DNA of 64,000 nucleotides, taken from the NCBI GenBank assembly GCA_963703225.1, contig OY969801.1, positions 1,376,001 to 1,440,000 on the forward strand, read 5' to 3'. The translations under genes were made by a program, and so were the position numbers. The notes beneath the pieces are model-generated. The model did not search any database. It saw nothing but the letters and a program-made list of their open reading frames with translations, and was not told the origin of the DNA. Source of the DNA: Candidatus Eiseniibacteriota bacterium. GTDB lineage: Bacteria > Eisenbacteria > RBG-16-71-46 > SZUA-252. Shown piece by piece: positions 54,116 through 64,000 of the stretch (its first letter is position 1; every line of letters starts with the position of its first letter).

Positions 54116-54122
54116 GCCTCGA

Positions 54123-56499
54123 GTGAAGATCGGATGCGCGCTCGTCGCTGCGGCGTGGCTGGCCGCATCTCCGGTCTTGGGCTCAGCCGCAAGCCCTGCC
54201 GTCGCTTCCTCCGCCACACGCCGCCCGGCGGCACGGAGCGCCGCGCCCGAGTGGGTCGCGCGCCAGCGCGACTGGGACGCGGCGCAGCGCCGGCGTCAAA
54301 CGGCGCGCTGGGGCGGCACGCTGGAGGAGATCGTCGAGACCTCGGCGAGGGAAGCCGCCGCCGAGTCCGTCTACTTGGCAACCCTCTCGACGTGGGCATG
54401 GAGCGATAGCGTTTCGCTCCAGAGCTCGGCCCTTCCCGCCGCCGCGTTCCGCGCCCCGCTGCGACGAGGCGCGTTGGATCTCATGGAGCATGGCCGGCTC
54501 GATCCGGCCCTTCGGATTCTCTCCGGCCCGCTGGTCGACGACCGCGCGATGCTCCCGGTGCGTGCCCGCGCGGTCGGGCTCCATTCTTCGCTCGATTCCG
54601 GCTTGGCTCTGGTGGCCTGGCCACCCGATCGGCGCACCGTCGGTCCGCGGTCCATTCGCTGGGATGCGCTGGGACGGGCCCGCGGGGACGAGGTCGTCGC
54701 GGCGCTCCTCGCCGCCGCGGATCTGGCCGACTCGACCCGCGACCCGCGCGCGCGCCGGGCCGCCCTCTGGAGGCTGGCGCAGGAGCCACGCCCGGCAATG
54801 AAGAGCTTCGCGCGAGTCCGACTGGCGAGGTCGCTCGTCACGCTGGGCGAGCCGAGGCTCGCGGGGCAGATCCTCCAGCAGGCCTACGGCATCAGCGACG
54901 ACGAGCGCGTCCTCCTCGCCAACCTGCGCGCCGATCAGGCGGGCGCGCTCGGCGACACCGTCTGGGGCGTGACGCAGATGATCGACGCGGCCCGCGACCC
55001 CGCGCTATCGACCACCGCCCGCTATCCGATCGTGAGGCGCGCCGCGGACTGGACCCGGGGAACCCGCGCCGATTCTCTCGACGAATCGAGGTGGCTCGAC
55101 CTGGCCCGGATGCTCGGCGACGTGGGAGAAGGGGAGATGGCGCTCTCCCTGATGAAGCGCCGGCGGCTGCCGCCGCCCGACGCCGCCTCGCAGATCGCCC
55201 GCGAGGAGACCGAGGCTTCGATCCTCGCCCGGCTCAAGAAGAATCAGGAGGCGGCCTCGGCGTACGGAAAGCTCGGCTCGCGAACGGAGCTGCCCGCGAC
55301 GTCGCGCGCCAAGTATGCGCTCGGACTCGCCCGCGCGCGGAGGGGGACCGGCGAGTTCGAGGCGATGGACAAGGCCTTCCTGCTCGCGGTGTCCCTCGAC
55401 TCGACCGGGGCCACCGGAAACGTGGCCGCCTGGGAGCGGGCCCGCGAGTGGGAAGACCGAAAATCGCCCCTCGAGGCGGTCCGGATCTTCTCCTGGTCCC
55501 GCCGCTACGTGCGGGATGCCGCGACGACGCAGGCGCTCATGGCTCATGGGGCGATCGCCTGCATCCGCGCGGGACAGCCCGATTCCGCCTACTCCTTCAT
55601 CGTCGATGCCTACGGCAATCTGGCCCACTATTGGCGGGCGCAGATCGCGCTGGCGAAGAGGGACAGCGTCAAGGCGACCGCCGAGCTTCGCCAGGTTACG
55701 AATGGGGATCCCTGGACGTACGAAGGCGTGCGCGCCGGCGAAGCGCTTTCCCAGCTCGAGGGAAGGCCGACCCGGCCCCCCGACAAGCCCGCGGGAGGCG
55801 GCGACCTTTCGGACCGCCAGAGGCGCGCTCGGGGCCCGACCGTGGATCCTGAGATTCCGATGTCGGCGCGTCTCCTGGGCGCTGTGGGCGCGACGGATCT
55901 CATGATGGACGCGCTTCGAGACGGGACGCCAGAACGAGGACGACGCGATGGCTCGGGCCTGCACGGACGGGCTGGAGGAGCGGGGGGTGTTTCGAATCGG
56001 CCGCCCGGACGCGGTTCCGCGCGAGCGGCTGGAGTATCCGCCCGCGTATCCGGTCGCGGTGCTGACGGCGGCCGAGCGGGAAAGCTTGAGCGCGTCGCTG
56101 CTCTGGGCGATCATGCGGCAGGAGAGCGCCTATCTGCGCGCGGCGCGCTCCAAGGCGGGGGCTTTGGGCTTGCTCCAGCTCCTGCCTTCGACCGCCTCAC
56201 GCCTGAAGGGGGCGCCGGTATCCGAGTCGGAGCTCACCGACGCCGCGCCGAACGTGCGGCTGGGCGCGAAATATGTCGCGGGGCTGCTCGATGAGTTTGG
56301 CGATCCGCGGGCGGCCATTGCCGCCTACAATGCCGGCGAGGAGGCGGTCCGGCGGTGGATGCGTGACCGCCCGAGCGTCGACGATATCTGGGTGGAGTTG
56401 ATCCCGTACCGGGAGACGCGCGACTACGTGAAGCAGGTCTACTCGATCTGGCGTCGCTACGAGGCGCTCTACGGCGTCCCGGCAGCGGACCGTCGCTAG
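54123..56499 (+). CDS. Slt-type soluble lytic transglycosylase (frameshift near 55930)
   Basis: Signal peptide, helical repeats, 'IMRQESAY', 'GALGLLQL', 'AAYNAG', 'IPYRETRDYVK'. Confidence 0.88.
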
Positions 56500-56507
56500 G
56501 ACGACAC

Positions 56508-57089
56508 TTGTCCCTTGCTTCGGAGCTCAAGCGGAAGTCGATCCACCTCGCGTCGCTTTCCATCCCGATCGCGTACTACCTCACGCCCGATTCGTGGATG
56601 CGCACGTGGGAGCGTACGCTTCTCGCGGCCGTCATTCTTTCTCTCGCGATTGAGGTCTTCCGGCTCCATCATCCACGGACGCGAAACGTCTTTCGCCATT
56701 TCTTCGGAGAGCTGCTCCGAAATCACGAGGAGGTCAGCCTCCTCGGATCGACGTACCTGCTCATCGCCTGTCTCCTCACGATCCACCTCTTCCCCAAGCC
56801 GGTCGCCGTCCTCGCCCTCTCGTTTCTGATCCTCGGCGACACGATGGCCGCGGTCGTGGGGAAGTCGATCGGGCGGATCCGCCTCTTGGGGGGGAAAACC
56901 CTGGAGGGGAGCGTGGCCTGCTTCGCGGTCTGCTACGCCCTCACCCTGCTTCTCCCCGACGTGCCCGTTCCGGTCGGCCTGGTGGGGGCGCTCGTGGCGA
57001 CCGTCTTCGAGCTCCTGCCGATCCCCCTCGACGACAACTTCCGGATTCCCCTCTCGGCCGGCTTCGCCATGGAGCTTCTACTTAGATAG
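56508..57089 (+). CDS. Dolichol/phytol kinase-like CTP-dependent membrane protein
   Basis: 'RKSIH', 'GDTMAAVVGK', 'KTLEGS', 'DDNFRIP'. Confidence 0.85.
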   Translation: MSLASELKRKSIHLASLSIPIAYYLTPDSWMRTWERTLLAAVILSLAIEVFRLHHPRTRNVFRHFFGELLRNHEEVSLLGSTYLLIACLLTIHLFPKPVAVLALSFLILGDTMAAVVGKSIGRIRLLGGKTLEGSVACFAVCYALTLLLPDVPVPVGLVGALVATVFELLPIPLDDNFRIPLSAGFAMELLLR

Positions 57090-57101
57090 GGTGTTTCACG
57101 C

Positions 57102-57131
57102 TTGACACCCTTTGGAGTCGGCCCCTAGACT
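57102..57131 (+). promoter_or_regulatory. sigma70 promoter of secA
   Basis: TTGACA-N18-TAGACT about 200 nt upstream of the secA ATG. Confidence 0.55.
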
Positions 57132-57338
57132 CCGCCCGAAATCAGAACCCACGAAGCCAAAGAGGAAGATGCCTAAGACACTTATTCGCAGTGGATTACA
57201 CTGTTTGTCTCCAGTACCCGACCCCGGCGGCAGAGAGCCCCTGGGGTTTCGCTGTATTGGGCAGGCAGGGGGCAACTTGGGCCCGTGTCCAGCCCCCCTT
57301 GAGACCCGTTCCGCGGGGCGCCCGCATCCAAAGGTGGC

Positions 57339-60444
<3,106 letters not shown>

Positions 60445-60462
60445 CCGAGAGGAGTGGTCTCC

Positions 60463-60934
60463 ATGGATGACCGTGTACGAGAAATGATGGCGGTGATCGT
60501 CGAGCAGCTGAAGGCATACGTCGACGGGAACGAGGAAGCCCTGGTGGAGCTGACCGAGGTGCTCGATTCCGGGCCGGTACGACGCCGACGTGGTCAATCA
60601 GGCGTTTGAGATGATTTTCCGCGCGCTGGAGCCGTACGCCCGCGAGGATTTCGTAGCGGAGGCCGCCAAGGAGCGATCCAGCGTTCGCGTGCCGACCGGA
60701 TCAGAGCGAGCGCTTCTCACCAATCCCGCGTTCGGATACCTCTTCGGCCTCTTGGAGTCGGGGCGGGTGAGCCCGGAGCAATTCGAGGAAATCATGGTTC
60801 GAGCGAAGGAGATGGGATCTTCTCTGGAGAGCGAGAATCAGGCGAAGGAGCTGGCGACCGATGTCCTGATCCGCTGGTTCGACGATGAGCACGGCGTCGC
60901 GTTCGACGCGTCATCGTCGGCCTGGGTGCATTGA
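60463..60934 (+). CDS. DUF494/Smg-like protein (frameshift near 60578)
   Basis: GAGGAG RBS; '[37 protein letters not shown]' resembles Smg; sits in the usual position before topA. Confidence 0.65.
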
Positions 60935-60938
60935 GCGC

Positions 60939-63340
<2,402 letters not shown>

Positions 63341-63360
<20 letters not shown>

Positions 63361-64000
63361 GTTTCTGCGCCATTTGGCCGAGCAGCGGCGCCTGTCGCCC
63401 GCGACGCTCCGCGCCTACGGCGACGAGATGGAGCGGTTCGATTCGTTCGCCCGGTCGCGGCTTCGTCGGGCGCCTCGGATCCCCGAAGACCTGACCCCCG
63501 AGCTGATCGCGGCGTACGCCGCGGCGCGGTCGCTCGAGCGCACCGAGGCGCGCCGCCCAATCTCGGCGCGGACCCTCGCGCGCTCGCTCGCCGCGGTCCG
63601 GTCCTACCTTCGGTTCCTGGAGCGCCGGGGCCATCCGACGGGGGCGATCCGCGGAGCGGTTCCACGGGTATCGCTGCCCGAGACCCTGCCGGCATCCCTT
63701 CCGGAGCAATCGTTGAACGCGCTCCTGGACGACCTCGCCGCCAAGACCCCGCCGGACGATGCGCCCACGCTCCGCGCGATCGCGGCGGTGGAGTGCCTCT
63801 ACGGCGCGGGGCTTCGGGTCGGGGAGCTGGCGGGGCTTTCGCGCGGCCGGCTCGACGAGCGCCGGCTGCTTCTGCGCGTCCTCGGAAAGGGGAGCCGGGA
63901 ACGCGTCGTGCCGCTGAGCGCGCGGGCCCTCGCGGCCCTCCACCGGTATTGGCAGGCATTGGGCCGGGAGCCCGGCTCGGCAGAAGCGCTCCTGGGCAAC
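63341..64000 (+). CDS. Tyrosine recombinase XerC/XerD (truncated by window end)
   Basis: Read manually: 'FLRHLAEQRRLSPATLRAY', 'LARSLAAVRSYLRFL', 'LYGAGLRVGEL', 'VLGKGSRERVVP'; follows topA as xerC often does. Confidence 0.9.

Overview
High-GC bacterial chromosomal window with almost all genes on the + strand. The gene content (PorV-family barrel, FlgD/T9SS-CTD-like protease, bS22, Bacteroidota-type SecA) suggests a diderm FCB-group-related lineage; this is inference only. In order: end of a PstS-like gene, TPR protein, STAS protein, two tandem ExbB-ExbD-ExbD-TonB modules (three TonBs), Yip1-TolC-MFP-ABC exporter, uvrA, gcvT-H-PA-PB, an uncharacterised eight-gene cluster (GlmL-like ASKHA ATPase, barrel-sandwich/KOW protein, DUF6754-like protein, several membrane proteins), lipoate ligase, gpmI, a candidate ~200-nt structured ncRNA, sppA, HU/IHF, bS22, rnr, PilZ, PorV, glgD-like/glgC, mltD-like, PP2C-like/PEGA protein, comEC, purN-purC-purH-guaA, M6 protease, Slt, CTP-dependent lipid kinase, secA, DUF494-like, topA and a partial Xer recombinase. 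Many conserved genes are split by single-base indels, most likely long-read assembly errors. The best candidates for novelty are the gcv-embedded ATPase/membrane cluster and the 6S-like but atypical ncRNA. All family assignments are by motif recognition, not database search.
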